Shown here: positions 1 to 9,316 of the stretch, one piece after another | Numbering within the stretch: position 1 is the first letter of the stretch | Layout: every line of letters begins with the position of its first letter | Assembly (NCBI GenBank): GCA_965202985.1 | Contig: CBDBCF010000002.1 | Coordinates: forward strand, 876,286 to 940,285 | Reading direction: 5' to 3' | DNA: 64,000 nt | Origin: Longimicrobiales bacterium | GTDB lineage: Bacteria > Gemmatimonadota > Gemmatimonadetes > Longimicrobiales > Gaopeijiaceae | Program-made: the position numbers and the translations under genes | Notes under the pieces: model-generated | Told to the model about the DNA's origin: nothing | Seen by the model: only the letters and a program-made list of their open reading frames with translations | Databases searched by the model: none

Positions 1-3000
1 GCGCGCTCGACACCGCTACGCCCGTCACCGACGCGCCCGCCAACGTGCCGTCCACCTTGTGGCCCGCAGCCGCGCTCAACGCATGGCTGCCCAGCCCCAA
101 CGCCGCCGCCGTCGTGCCGTCGCGGGCATCCGCGATCGCGCCGCTGTTCAGCGCCAGCGCGCTCGCGCCGACCTCGATCCCGTCCGCGTCCGCGTCCGCA
201 GCCACCACCGTGTAGCGGAACGTCAGCGCCCGCGTGCCCGTCCCGCTCGCGTAGTCCGCCTGCCGCGTCTGCGCGCCCACCGTCAGCGCCACCCGAGGCG
301 TCCCCGTCACCGCCACCCGACGGTTGAACGTCACCTGCACCTCGATCGACTCGTCCCGGCCGTACGTCGTCGCCACCGCAGGCGAACTCGTCAGCGACAC
401 GCCCGACACCGACGCCGCCGTGAACGTCCCGCCCGCAACCTTGTGGCCCGCGCTGTTCGTCACCGCGTGCGTCCCCAGCCCCAGAACCGCGTCCACCGTG
501 CCGCCCGCCACGTCGATCGTACCGCCGTTCAGCGCCAGCGCGCTCGCCGCGATGCTGATGCCGTCCGCGTCCGCGTCCGCCGTCACCACCACGTACCGGA
601 ACACCAGCGACGCCGTGCCCGTGCCCGAAGCGTACGACGCCTGCTTCGTTGTGCTGCCGATCCCCAACGCCAGCTGCGGCGTGCCCGTCACGTCCACCGC
701 CTTGTTGAACACGACCGTCGCAACCACCGTGTCGCCTCGCTCGAACGTGTCGCCGATCGGCGGCGACGCGATCGACACGCCGCTCACGCCCGGCGGGCCC
801 TGAGTGCCGTCCACCCGATGGCTGCCCGCGTTCGATATCGCATGGCCGCCCAACCCCAGGCTCGCAGCCTCGTTCGCGTCGCGAGCGTCCACGATCGTCC
901 CCCCGTTCAGCGACAACGCGCTCGCGCCGATGCCGATCCCGTTCCCGTCCGCGTCCGCTGCAACCACCGTGTACGCGAACGACAGCACGCGGCCGCCCGT
1001 CGTCGTCACGTACGACGCCTGACGCGTCTGCGTACCGATCGTCAGCGCCAACTCGGGCGAGCCCGTCACCGTCACGTTGCGGTCGAACGTCACCTCCACC
1101 TCGATCTCCTCGCTCAACCCGTACGTGCCCCCGCCCGCCGGACTGCTCGAAATCGTTACGCCCGACACCGACGCCGCCGTGAACGTGCCGCCAGCTACGC
1201 GCAGTGCGCCGTCGTTGCCGATCGCATGATGCGCCAGGCTCAGCAATGCGTCCGTCGTACCCCCCGCCACGTCGATCGTACCGCTGTTCAGCGCCAACGC
1301 GCTCGCGCCCACGCTCAACCCGTCCGCGTCCGCGTCCGCAGTCACCACCACGTACCGGAACACCAACGCCGCCGTGCCCGTCCCCGACGCATACGCCGCC
1401 TGCCGCGTCTGCCCGCCGATCCCCAGCGCCAGCTGCGGCGTGCCCGTCACGTCCACCGCCTTGTTGAACGTCACCGTCGCAACCACCGTGTCGCCACGCT
1501 CGAACGTGCCGCCCGGCGGCGGCGCCACCGTCAGGCCCGTCACGCCCGGCGGACCCAGCCCGCCGTTCACCTTGTGCGAAGCGTCGTTCGTCACCGCGCT
1601 CGAACCCAGCCCTAGCGACGCGGCAGCAGCGCCCGGACGCACGTCGGCGATCGCGCCGCCGTTCAGCACGAGCGCGCTCGCTGCGATGCTCAGCCCGTCC
1701 GCGTCCGCGTCCGAAGGACGGACCGCGTACCCGAACACCAGCGTGTCCGCCTTGCTCGTCGCCGACTCGTAGCTCGCCTGACGAGTGACCGTCCCGATCG
1801 TCAGCGCCAGCCGCGGCGTGCCCGTCACTGCCACCGGTCGGTCGAACGCCACCTTCACATCGATCGACTCGCCCAGCTGGTACGTCTGACCGCTCGCCGG
1901 AGCGCTCGATATCGTCACCGCGCTCACAGCCGGCACCGTGAACGTACTGCCAGACACCTTGTGGCCCCCGCTGTTCGTCACCGCGCTCGCGCCCAGCCCC
2001 AACGTCGCGTCCAGCGTCCCGCCCGACAGCCGGATCGTACCGCCGCTCAAGGTCAGCGCGCTCCCGCCGATGCTCAATCCGTCCGCGTCCGCGTCGCCGC
2101 TCGCCACCACGTAACGGAACACCAGCCCCGTCGTGCCCGAACCGCTCGCGTAGCTCGCCTGCCTCGTCGCGCTCCCGATCGTCAGCGCCAGCCGCGGCGT
2201 GCCCGTCACGTCCACCGGGCGGTTGAACTCCAGCTCGACCTCGATCGTCTCGCCACGCTCGAACACGTCGCCCACAACAGGCGAACCGATCGCCAGTCCC
2301 GTCACGCCCGGCGGTCCCACGCTCCCGTCCACCTTGTGCGCAGCAGCGTTCGATATCGCGTGCGTGCCCAGTCCCAACGTCGCCGCCGCCGTGCCGCCCG
2401 AAAGCACGATCGTTCCGCCGTTCAGAGCCAACGCGCTCGCTGCGATGCCGATCCCCGTCGAGTCAGCGTCCGCCGCAACCACCACGTAGCGGAACACCAG
2501 CGTCCGCGTACCGCTCCCGCGCGCGTAGCCCGCCTGACGCGTCAGCGTGTCGATCGACAACGCCAGCTGCGGCGTACCCGTCACCACCACCAAACGCTCG
2601 AACTCCACCTCCACCTCGATCGCCTCCGTGCGTCCGTACGTGCTGTCGCTCGCCGGCGCGCTCGATATCGCCACGCCGCTCACCCCAGGCGCCACCTCCT
2701 TCGTCCCGTCCACCTGGTACGCCACCGCGTCCGCGAAGTTCCACGGAACCAACGACAGCCGAGCGTCCGTCGCCGTCCCCGTCGCTCGAATCGTCGCGCC
2801 GCCCGGCAGCGTCAGAGCGTTCGCTCCGATGCTGATCCCCGTCGAGTCCGCGTCCGCCGCAACCACCGTGTAGCAGAACACCAAGATGACGCCGCCCGAC
2901 GTGTCGCACAGCGCAGCGCTCCGCGTCTGCGCACCGATCCCCAAAGCCAGCCGCGGCGTGCCTGTCGCCGTCACGCCCGCGTTGAACCCCACCCCCACCC

Positions 3001-5875
3001 GAATCTGGTCGCCCAGTCCGAACACGCTGTCCGTGCTCGCGTAAGAAATCCCGCTGTTCGCCGCCGACATGAAGAACGCGCTCGTCACGTACGGTACGGC
3101 GCCCGAAACCTTGTGCGCCGATGCGTTCGAAAACACGTGCGACCCCAACGCCAGGTCCGCCGCGTCCGACCAGAGCCGACCGTCCACAAGCGTGTCCGCC
3201 GCGCTCACCGCCAAAGCGCCCGCACCCACGCTGATCCCGTCCGCGTCCGCGTCCGTCGCCTGTACCACGTACCGAAACGTCACACGCTTGAACGTCGCGT
3301 CCCTGCGGTTGTACTCCGCCTGACGCGTCGAGTCGCCGACCTCCAACGCCAGACGCGGCGTCCCCCCAACGTACACGCCCCGCACGAACTCCACCTCCAC
3401 CTCGATCGCCTCGCCCCCCAAGTACGTGTCGCCCACCGCCGGACTGCTCGTTATCCTCAACCCCTTCACCACCGGCGTCGTCCGCGTGTTGCCCGCCACC
3501 TTGTGCGCAGCACTGTTCGCGATCGCATGGCCGCTCAGGCCCAACACCGCGTCCGTCGTCGTGCCCATCCGCCGGATCGTACCCCCGGACGGAGTCTCCA
3601 ATGCGCTCGCGCCGATGCTGATCCCGTCCGCGTCCGCATCCGTCTGGAACACTGTGTACTCGAACTCCAACGACGTCGTACCCGAACCCCTCTCGTACCA
3701 CGCGTTCCGCAAGCTCGAGCCGATCCCGAGCCGAACCCGCGGCCTGTTTGCGCCCGTGCCCGTCACCGTCACCGCAGCGTTGAACTCCACCGTCACGACC
3801 ACCACGTCGCTCAACTCGAACGTGCTGTCCGTCGGAGCATCGCCAATCGACACCCCCGTCACCACCGGACGGTCGCCCGCAACCTTGTGCGCCCCAGCGT
3901 TCGCGATCGCATGAGTGCCCAGCCCCAGCTCCGCCGTCACCGTCCCGCCCGCCTTGTTGATCGTCCCGCCGTTCAATCCCAACGCGCTCGCTGCGATGCT
4001 CAACCCGTCCGCGTCAGCGTCCGTCGCCGCCACCGTGTAACGGAACGTCAGCGAATCCGTGCCGCTCCCCACCGCGTAGCCCGCCTGCCGCGTCGCCGCC
4101 CCGATCCCCAACGCCACCTGCGGCGTCCCCACAACGTCCACCGCCTCGCTGAACTTCACCCACACCTCGATCCGATGGCCCACACCGTACGTGCCGTCCG
4201 AGCCCGTCACGCTCGCCAAACCCGCGCCCGCCACCACCGGCACGCCCTGCAAACCGTCCACCTTGTGCGCAGCAGCGTTCGCCACCGCGTGCGCGCCCAG
4301 CGACAAGTCCGCCCGCGCCGTGCCCCCGACGCGCGTGATCGGAGTCGCGTAGTTCCTGAAAGCGTTCGCCGGGATGCTGATCCCGTCCGCGTCCGCGTCC
4401 GCACGCGTCACCGTGTATCGGAAGAACACGTCGTCCGCGTCCTTCGAGTACCAGCCCGCCGCCCGAACGTTGTCCCCGATCTCCAGGTTCAGCGTCATGT
4501 TGCCCAGAAAGTTCGGCGTCACCACCGGACGGTCGAACTGAACCCGCACGTTGATGTTGTCCCCCGCAGCGTACGTCGAGTCCGTGCCCGCGCCGCTCAA
4601 GAACGTCACCGCCGATATCCTCGGCACGATCAGCCCGCCGTTCACCTTGTGCGCACCAGCGTTTGCGACAGCGTGACTGCCGAGCGACAACGTCGCGTCC
4701 ACCGTCGTGCCCGCGTTCCTGATCGTCGCCCCGGACGGAACCGACAGCGCGCTCGCGCCGATGCTCAGTCCGTTCGCGTCCACGTCCGCCGCCACCACAG
4801 CGTACTCGAACAACAGCGAGTCCGTGCCCGTCCCGCTCGCGTAGGACGCCTGCCTGGTCTGCGTGCCGATCCCTAAAGCCAGCTGCGGCGTCCCCGTCAC
4901 GTCCACGTTCCCGCTGAACACCACTGCCACACGAATCCGCTCCGGCCGCCCGTAAGTGCTGTCCGCAGCGATCGGCGTGCTCGCGACGGCCACCCCGGTC
5001 ACCGTCCGCCTCGCCGTCCCCCCTTGCACCTTGTGGGCCGCGGAGTTCGCGACCGTGTGGCCGCTCAGGCTCAGGATCGCGTTCTTCGTCCCCAGCCGGA
5101 TCGTCCCGCTGTTCAGCGACAACGCGCTCGCGCCGATGCTGATCCCGTCCGCGTCCACGTCCGACGACGCCACCACGTACCGGAACACCAGCGACGCCGA
5201 ACCCGTCCCGCTCGCGTAGTTCGCCTGCCGCGTCGCCGCACCGATCCACAGCGCCAGCTGCGGGGTGCCCGTCACCGCCACCGTCGAGTCGAACGTCACC
5301 GTCACCGCAATCGTCTCGCCAGCATAGTACGTGCTGTCGACGCCCGCGCTGCTGGATATCGTCACCCCCGTCGCCTTGGGATACCCCTGGGCGCCGTCCA
5401 CCTTGTGCGAAGCTGCGTTCGTGATCGTCTTGCCCGTCAAGTTCTCGTTGATTCGTAGACCACTGACGCCACCGTCCAGATCGTTAGGACCCATCTGGGT
5501 GACGCTGATCCCGTCCGCGTCCACGTCCGACGTCTGCACAAGGTACCAATACTCTATCCAGCTGAACCCATTGCTGTATCCTGGAAGTGGGGTGTTTGCG
5601 GCGAACGTTCCGGTTCCAGTCCTCGCCTGTGCGTGCCTGGTCGTCGTCCCGATCGTCATATGCACGGACGCACCGTCGGTTTGGGCAAAGTCCACACCGG
5701 CACTGAAGTACGCCCTGATCTTGATGGTGTCGCCCGCCGCGTACGTGTTGTCCGAACCCGCCGAGCTGACGATCTTGAGACTGTCCACGCTTTGGGCGCT
5801 CAGCGGCGCCGGCGCCGCGATCCCGAACGCCGCCAGCAGGCCGAGGGCCGCGAGCGCGGTTCTCGCTGCCGGCAT
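1..5875 (-). CDS. Giant secreted repeat protein (putative adhesin with Ig-like repeats); C-terminus lies outside the window
   Basis: The minus frame from ATG 5875 reads MPAARTALAALGLLAAFGIAAPAPLSAQSVDSLKIVSSAGSDNTY (signal peptide). The frame was spot-checked at 3115 and 61 and agrees. About 15 repeats each contain DxDADG[IL]S and end in HKVxG. It is absent from the ORF track, presumably because it has no stop in the window. Confidence 0.85.
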   Translation of the reverse strand, partial: MPAARTALAALGLLAAFGIAAPAPLSAQSVDSLKIVSSAGSDNTYAAGDTIKIRAYFSAGVDFAQTDGASVHMTIGTTTRHAQARTGTGTFAANTPLPGYSNGFSWIEYWYLVQTSDVDADGISVTQMGPNDLDGGVSGLRINENLTGKTITNAASHKVDGAQGYPKATGVTISSSAGVDSTYYAGETIAVTVTFDSTVAVTGTPQLALWIGAATRQANYASGTGSASLVFRYVVASSDVDADGISIGASALSLNSGTIRLGTKNAILSLSGHTVANSAAHKVQGGTARRTVTGVAVASTPIAADSTYGRPERIRVAVVFSGNVDVTGTPQLALGIGTQTRQASYASGTGTDSLLFEYAVVAADVDANGLSIGASALSVPSGATIRNAGTTVDATLSLGSHAVANAGAHKVNGGLIVPRISAVTFLSGAGTDSTYAAGDNINVRVQFDRPVVTPNFLGNMTLNLEIGDNVRAAGWYSKDADDVFFRYTVTRADADADGISIPANAFRNYATPITRVGGTARADLSLGAHAVANAAAHKVDGLQGVPVVAGAGLASVTGSDGTYGVGHRIEVWVKFSEAVDVVGTPQVALGIGAATRQAGYAVGSGTDSLTFRYTVAATDADADGLSIAASALGLNGGTINKAGGTVTAELGLGTHAIANAGAHKVAGDRPVVTGVSIGDAPTDSTFELSDVVVVTVEFNAAVTVTGTGANRPRVRLGIGSSLRNAWYERGSGTTSLEFEYTVFQTDADADGISIGASALETPSGGTIRRMGTTTDAVLGLSGHAIANSAAHKVAGNTRTTPVVKGLRITSSPAVGDTYLGGEAIEVEVEFVRGVYVGGTPRLALEVGDSTRQAEYNRRDATFKRVTFRYVVQATDADADGISVGAGALAVSAADTLVDGRLWSDAADLALGSHVFSNASAHKVSGAVPYVTSAFFMSAANSGISYASTDSVFGLGDQIRVGVGFNAGVTATGTPRLALGIGAQTRSAALCDTSGGVILVFCYTVVAADADSTGISIGANALTLPGGATIRATGTATDARLSLVPWNFADAVAYQVDGTKEVAPGVSGVAISSAPASDSTYGRTEAIEVEVEFERLVVVTGTPQLALSIDTLTRQAGYARGSGTRTLVFRYVVVAADADSTGIGIAASALALNGGTIVLSGGTAAATLGLGTHAISNAAAHKVDGSVGPPGVTGLAIGSPVVGDVFERGETIEVELEFNRPVDVTGTPRLALTIGSATRQASYASGSGTTGLVFRYVVASGDADADGLSIGGSALTLSGGTIRLSGGTLDATLGLGASAVTNSGGHKVSGSTFTVPAVSAVTISSAPASGQTYQLGESIDVKVAFDRPVAVTGTPRLALTIGTVTRQASYESATSKADTLVFGYAVRPSDADADGLSIAASALVLNGGAIADVRPGAAAASLGLGSSAVTNDASHKVNGGLGPPGVTGLTVAPPPGGTFERGDTVVATVTFNKAVDVTGTPQLALGIGGQTRQAAYASGTGTAALVFRYVVVTADADADGLSVGASALALNSGTIDVAGGTTDALLSLAHHAIGNDGALRVAGGTFTAASVSGVTISSSPAGGGTYGLSEEIEVEVTFDRNVTVTGSPELALTIGTQTRQASYVTTTGGRVLSFAYTVVAADADGNGIGIGASALSLNGGTIVDARDANEAASLGLGGHAISNAGSHRVDGTQGPPGVSGVSIASPPIGDTFERGDTVVATVVFNKAVDVTGTPQLALGIGSTTKQASYASGTGTASLVFRYVVVTADADADGISIAASALALNGGTIDVAGGTVDAVLGLGTHAVTNSAGHKVAGGTFTAASVSGVSLTSSPAVATTYGRDESIEVQVTFNRRVAVTGTPRVALTVGAQTRQADYASGTGTRALTFRYTVVAADADADGIEVGASALALNSGAIADARDGTTAAALGLGSHALSAAAGHKVDGTLAGASVTGVAVSSA
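53..5790 (-). repeat. About 15 intragenic tandem repeats of ~380-395 bp (~128 aa)
   Basis: The repeat-end motif (HKVxG-like, caccttgtg on +) recurs near 53, 437, 812, 1195, 1569, 1956, 2331, 2711, 3108, 3498, 3882, 4259, 4644, 5028 and 5399. Confidence 0.85.
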
Positions 5876-5928
5876 CAGTGCAGACCGAGACCGAGCGCCC
5901 GATCCAGGCTGCTGACTAAAAACGCCTC

Positions 5929-5950
5929 GGGGGGGGGGGGGGGGGGGGGG
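5929..5950. repeat. G22 homopolymer (C22 on the coding strand) upstream of or within the 5' end of the repeat-protein gene
   Basis: 22 consecutive G counted directly. Confidence 0.9.
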
Positions 5951-6150
5951 CAGTTGGCCCAGCGACGGGAGCGGGAGCGGATCGACATATGAACTCGACA
6001 GAGTGAAGGTTCCAAGGCGACTGCGACCTTGTGACTGGGATGTCCAGGAGACCGAATCGGCCCCCCGGCTCCCGGCCACGTTTGTCCACCGGGCAAATTG
6101 ACGAGGGATATCGGCACCCGTCAAGCAAGCAAGCCTCCCAGGGAGAGGTT

Positions 6151-7338
6151 CTAGTGGTATGTCGCCGATTGAAGTTGGCTGTTGAGCGAGACGGGGCTAT
6201 ACTGCGGTCGCGAGTTGGTTTCGGCAAGGATCTCTTGGCACGGAGGGAAGTGATGGCGAGGATGCCTGCGAAGGCGTTGGAGTTGTCGCAGGAGGACCGG
6301 GCGATGCTGGAGCGCTGGCTTCGGGCGGGCAGCACGCCGCAGGACGTGGCGAAGCGCGTCCGGATCGTCCTGCTGGCGGCGGAGGGCGTGGCGAACCAGC
6401 GCATCGCGAAGGAGGCGGGGGTGTCGAAGCCCACGGTTCTGACGTGGCGGAGACGGTTCGAGGCGGAAGGTCCCGATACGGTGTGGAAGATCAGGCCTGG
6501 TCGGGGTCGCAAGCGCAGCATCACGGACGAGACGGTCCGGGCGATCGTCAAGGACACGCTGGAGAACAAGCCGGAGGGGGCGACGCACTGGAGCTTGCGG
6601 ACGATGGCGAAGCGCCACGGCGTGAGCCGGAGCACGGTGCAGCGGGTGTGGAAGTCGTACGGGCTGAAGCCGCACCGGACGAAGACGTTCAAGCTGTCGA
6701 AGGACCCGAAGTTCGTGGAGAAGACCGAGGACGTGGTGGGGCTGTACCGCAACCCGCCTAAGGACGGCGTGGTGCTGTGCGTGGACGAGAAGAGCCGGAT
6801 CCAGGCGCTGGACCGCACTCGGCCCGGCCTTCCGCTGAAGCGCGGTCGCTGCGGCACGATGACCCACGACTACAAGCGCCACGGCACGACGACCTTGTTC
6901 GCGGCGCTGGACCCGGCACGCGGTCGGGTGGTCGGCATGTGCAGTCCGCGCCACCGCCAGCAGGAGTTCCTGAGGTTCCTCCGCCGCCTGGACGGCGAGT
7001 ATCCGAAGGGCGTGGCGCTGCACCTGGTGCTGGACAACTACGGCACCCACAAGACGGCGGCCGTGAAGGCGTGGCTCGCCAAGCATCCCCGCTTCCACCT
7101 GCACTTCGTTCCCACGAGCGGTTCGTGGCTGAACTTGGTGGAGGCGTGGCTCGCCCAGCTGTCGCAGAAGCGCCTGAGGCGCGGCATGTTCAACAGCGTG
7201 AAGGCGCTGAAGGACGCGATCATGGAGTTCGTCGAAGTCCACAACCGCAATCCCCGGCCCTACCAGTGGACGACCTCCGCAGACGACATCTTCCAGAAAG
7301 TCGCCAAATGTCAGGCCGTTTTGGCGACATACCACTAG
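6151..7338 (+). mobile_element. IS630-family insertion sequence
   Basis: Perfect 16-bp inverted repeats CTAGTGGTATGTCGCC (6151-6166) and GGCGACATACCACTAG (7323-7338) include the CTAG typical of IS630 targets and enclose a transposase. Confidence 0.93.
6253..7338 (+). CDS. IS630-family DDE transposase
   Basis: HTH N-terminus; DDE motifs CVDEKS, VLDNY and WLNLVE; THDYKRHGTTTLFAAL signature; GGAGG upstream. Confidence 0.95.
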   Translation: MARMPAKALELSQEDRAMLERWLRAGSTPQDVAKRVRIVLLAAEGVANQRIAKEAGVSKPTVLTWRRRFEAEGPDTVWKIRPGRGRKRSITDETVRAIVKDTLENKPEGATHWSLRTMAKRHGVSRSTVQRVWKSYGLKPHRTKTFKLSKDPKFVEKTEDVVGLYRNPPKDGVVLCVDEKSRIQALDRTRPGLPLKRGRCGTMTHDYKRHGTTTLFAALDPARGRVVGMCSPRHRQQEFLRFLRRLDGEYPKGVALHLVLDNYGTHKTAAVKAWLAKHPRFHLHFVPTSGSWLNLVEAWLAQLSQKRLRRGMFNSVKALKDAIMEFVEVHNRNPRPYQWTTSADDIFQKVAKCQAVLATYH

Positions 7339-7340
7339 CT

Positions 7341-8114
7341 CTAGTCGGCGGAAGAGGTCGCTTCGGCGGCGGCGCGCGCGATCGCGGCAAGGGACTCCGG
7401 GTCCAGGCTCGCTCCCCCTACGAGAACGCCGTCGACGCCGGTGGCGGACATGAGCGTCCCTGCGTTTGCCGGGTTGACGCTCCCGCCGTACAGGACCGGC
7501 ACGTCCGCCGCACCGCCGGGGACCACGGCGCGACTCAGAACCTCCCGCACGATCGCGTGAGCCTCCGCCGCGTCGCGCGGCGTGGCGGTCTCGCCGGTTC
7601 CGATGGCCCACACGGGCTCGTACGCCACCATGAACCCCGTCGCCCGCGCCGCGTCGGCCAGGGGTCCCGCCACCGCCTCGAGCTGCCGGGACAGCACGTG
7701 GCGCAGCCGCCCCGCCCGGCGCTCTTCCAGCAGCTCGCCGACGCACACCACCGGGACCAAGCCGGCGCGCACGGCCGCGGCGACCTTGCGGCCGGTCTCC
7801 GCATCCGTCTCGCCGAAGAGATGCCGGCGCTCGGAGTGGCCCACCAAGGCCAGGGTCGCGCCCGCCTCTCCGGCCATCTCCGCCGACGTTTCCCCGGTAA
7901 GCGCGCCCTCCTTCTCCCAGTGGATGTCTTGGACGCCAAGCTCCACGGCGGGCGCAGCCGCAACGGCAGCCGGCAAGGACACGTCGGCGGGAAACACCAG
8001 GACCCGAACCGATTCCGGCACGTCTCGGGAAAACCGAAGGAAGAAGTCGCGGACGGCCGAGGGGCCGTGGTGCATCTTCCAGTTGGCGGCGACGACCTTG
8101 TTCACGAGGGGCAT
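7341..8114 (-). CDS. tpiA: Triosephosphate isomerase
   Basis: AANWKMH, GHSERR, AYEPVWAIGTG, LYGGSV and VGGASL motifs. Confidence 0.97.
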   Translation of the reverse strand: MPLVNKVVAANWKMHHGPSAVRDFFLRFSRDVPESVRVLVFPADVSLPAAVAAAPAVELGVQDIHWEKEGALTGETSAEMAGEAGATLALVGHSERRHLFGETDAETGRKVAAAVRAGLVPVVCVGELLEERRAGRLRHVLSRQLEAVAGPLADAARATGFMVAYEPVWAIGTGETATPRDAAEAHAIVREVLSRAVVPGGAADVPVLYGGSVNPANAGTLMSATGVDGVLVGGASLDPESLAAIARAAAEATSSAD

Positions 8115-9316
8115 GCGACGGTCTCCGAAAGGGCCGCGATTCCGGGCAGTTCCTTGCCCGCCAGAAGGTCCAGGGACGCTCCGCCTCCGGTGGAGACGTG
8201 GCCGATCCGGCTGGCTACGCCGGCCGCGGTCGCAGCCGCAACCGAATCGCCGCCGCCGACCACGACAGCGGCGTCGCGGGCAGCGGCCGACGCCACGGCT
8301 CTCGCGACGCCGAAGGTGCCGGCGTCCATACCCGGGACCTCGAAGACGCCCATGGGGCCGTTCCAGAAGACGGTGTTCGCCGACGCCAAGCGGCTCCCGA
8401 ACACGTCCGTCGTGGCGGGTCCCACGTCGGCGATCGCTTCGCCGGCGCGAACGCCGCTTCGTTCCACCACCCTTGTCCGGGCGTTGGCCGCAAGCTCCGA
8501 CGCGACGACGCAGTCGACGGGAAGCGCCAGCCTCGCGCCCCCCTGGTCCATGAGCCGCAACGCCGTCGCCGCCAAGCCGGGCTCGACCAGAGACGAACCC
8601 GTTTCGAGTCCCATGGCCAGGAAGAACGTGTTGGCCATGGCTCCGCCCACCAAGAGGGCGTCGGCGCGCGACAGGAGCGCTTCCACGACCTCGAGCTTGT
8701 CCGAAACCTTGGCGCCTCCCAAGACCGCGACGAACGGCCGCCGGGGCCTCTCCGCAACGCCGTTCAGCGCCGCAAGCTCCTTCTCCACCAGAAGGCCGGC
8801 CGCCGCCGCGCCGCCTCGAGCGCGGACCGCGCGGGGCAGGCCGTCGGTGGAGGCGTGTGCGCGGTGGGCCGTCCCGAAGGCGTCGAGCACGAAGCGGTCG
8901 GCCCAGCCGGCCCAGTCGGCAGCAAGCGCCGGGTCGTTGGACGCCTCGCCGGGCAGGAAGCGGGTGTTCTCGAGCACGAGGACCGATCCGTTGCGCAGTC
9001 GGCTCACGGCATCGCGAGCCGGGGGGCCGGCGACGTGGGACGAAAAGGCGACCGGGCATGCGAGCAATCCCCCGAGGCGTCGGGCGACCGGTCGAAGCGA
9101 CAGGTCGCGGCAGACCCGGCCGTTGGGGCGCCCCAGGTGGGACAGCACCGCGACGCGGGCGCCGGCGTCGGCCAGTGCGGCCACAGTGGGGAGGCTGGCG
9201 CGAATTCGGGTGTCCTCCGCGACGCCCCCTTTCGACAACGGAACGTTGAGGTCCGCCCGCACGGCAACCACGGCGCCTTGAACGCCGGCGACGGTCAGGT
9301 CGCGAAGCGTCTTCAG
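8102..9316 (-). CDS. pgk: Phosphoglycerate kinase (start uncertain, possibly CTG)
   Basis: RADLNVP, SHLGRP, LENTRF, DAFGTAHRAHAS, GGAKVSDK and HVSTGGGASL motifs. Confidence 0.95.
   Translation of the reverse strand: MKTLRDLTVAGVQGAVVAVRADLNVPLSKGGVAEDTRIRASLPTVAALADAGARVAVLSHLGRPNGRVCRDLSLRPVARRLGGLLACPVAFSSHVAGPPARDAVSRLRNGSVLVLENTRFLPGEASNDPALAADWAGWADRFVLDAFGTAHRAHASTDGLPRAVRARGGAAAAGLLVEKELAALNGVAERPRRPFVAVLGGAKVSDKLEVVEALLSRADALLVGGAMANTFFLAMGLETGSSLVEPGLAATALRLMDQGGARLALPVDCVVASELAANARTRVVERSGVRAGEAIADVGPATTDVFGSRLASANTVFWNGPMGVFEVPGMDAGTFGVARAVASAAARDAAVVVGGGDSVAAATAAGVASRIGHVSTGGGASLDLLAGKELPGIAALSETVACPS

Noticed and set aside
53..5790. Periodic repeats as a CRISPR array
   Set aside because: The period is ~385 bp, the repeats are degenerate and in frame, and no cas genes are seen.
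59..5915. Long plus-strand Arg-rich or Ser/Thr-rich ORFs (e.g. 59-1615, 1961-4876)
   Set aside because: They are antisense shadows of the minus-strand repeat gene, caused by high-GC codon bias.
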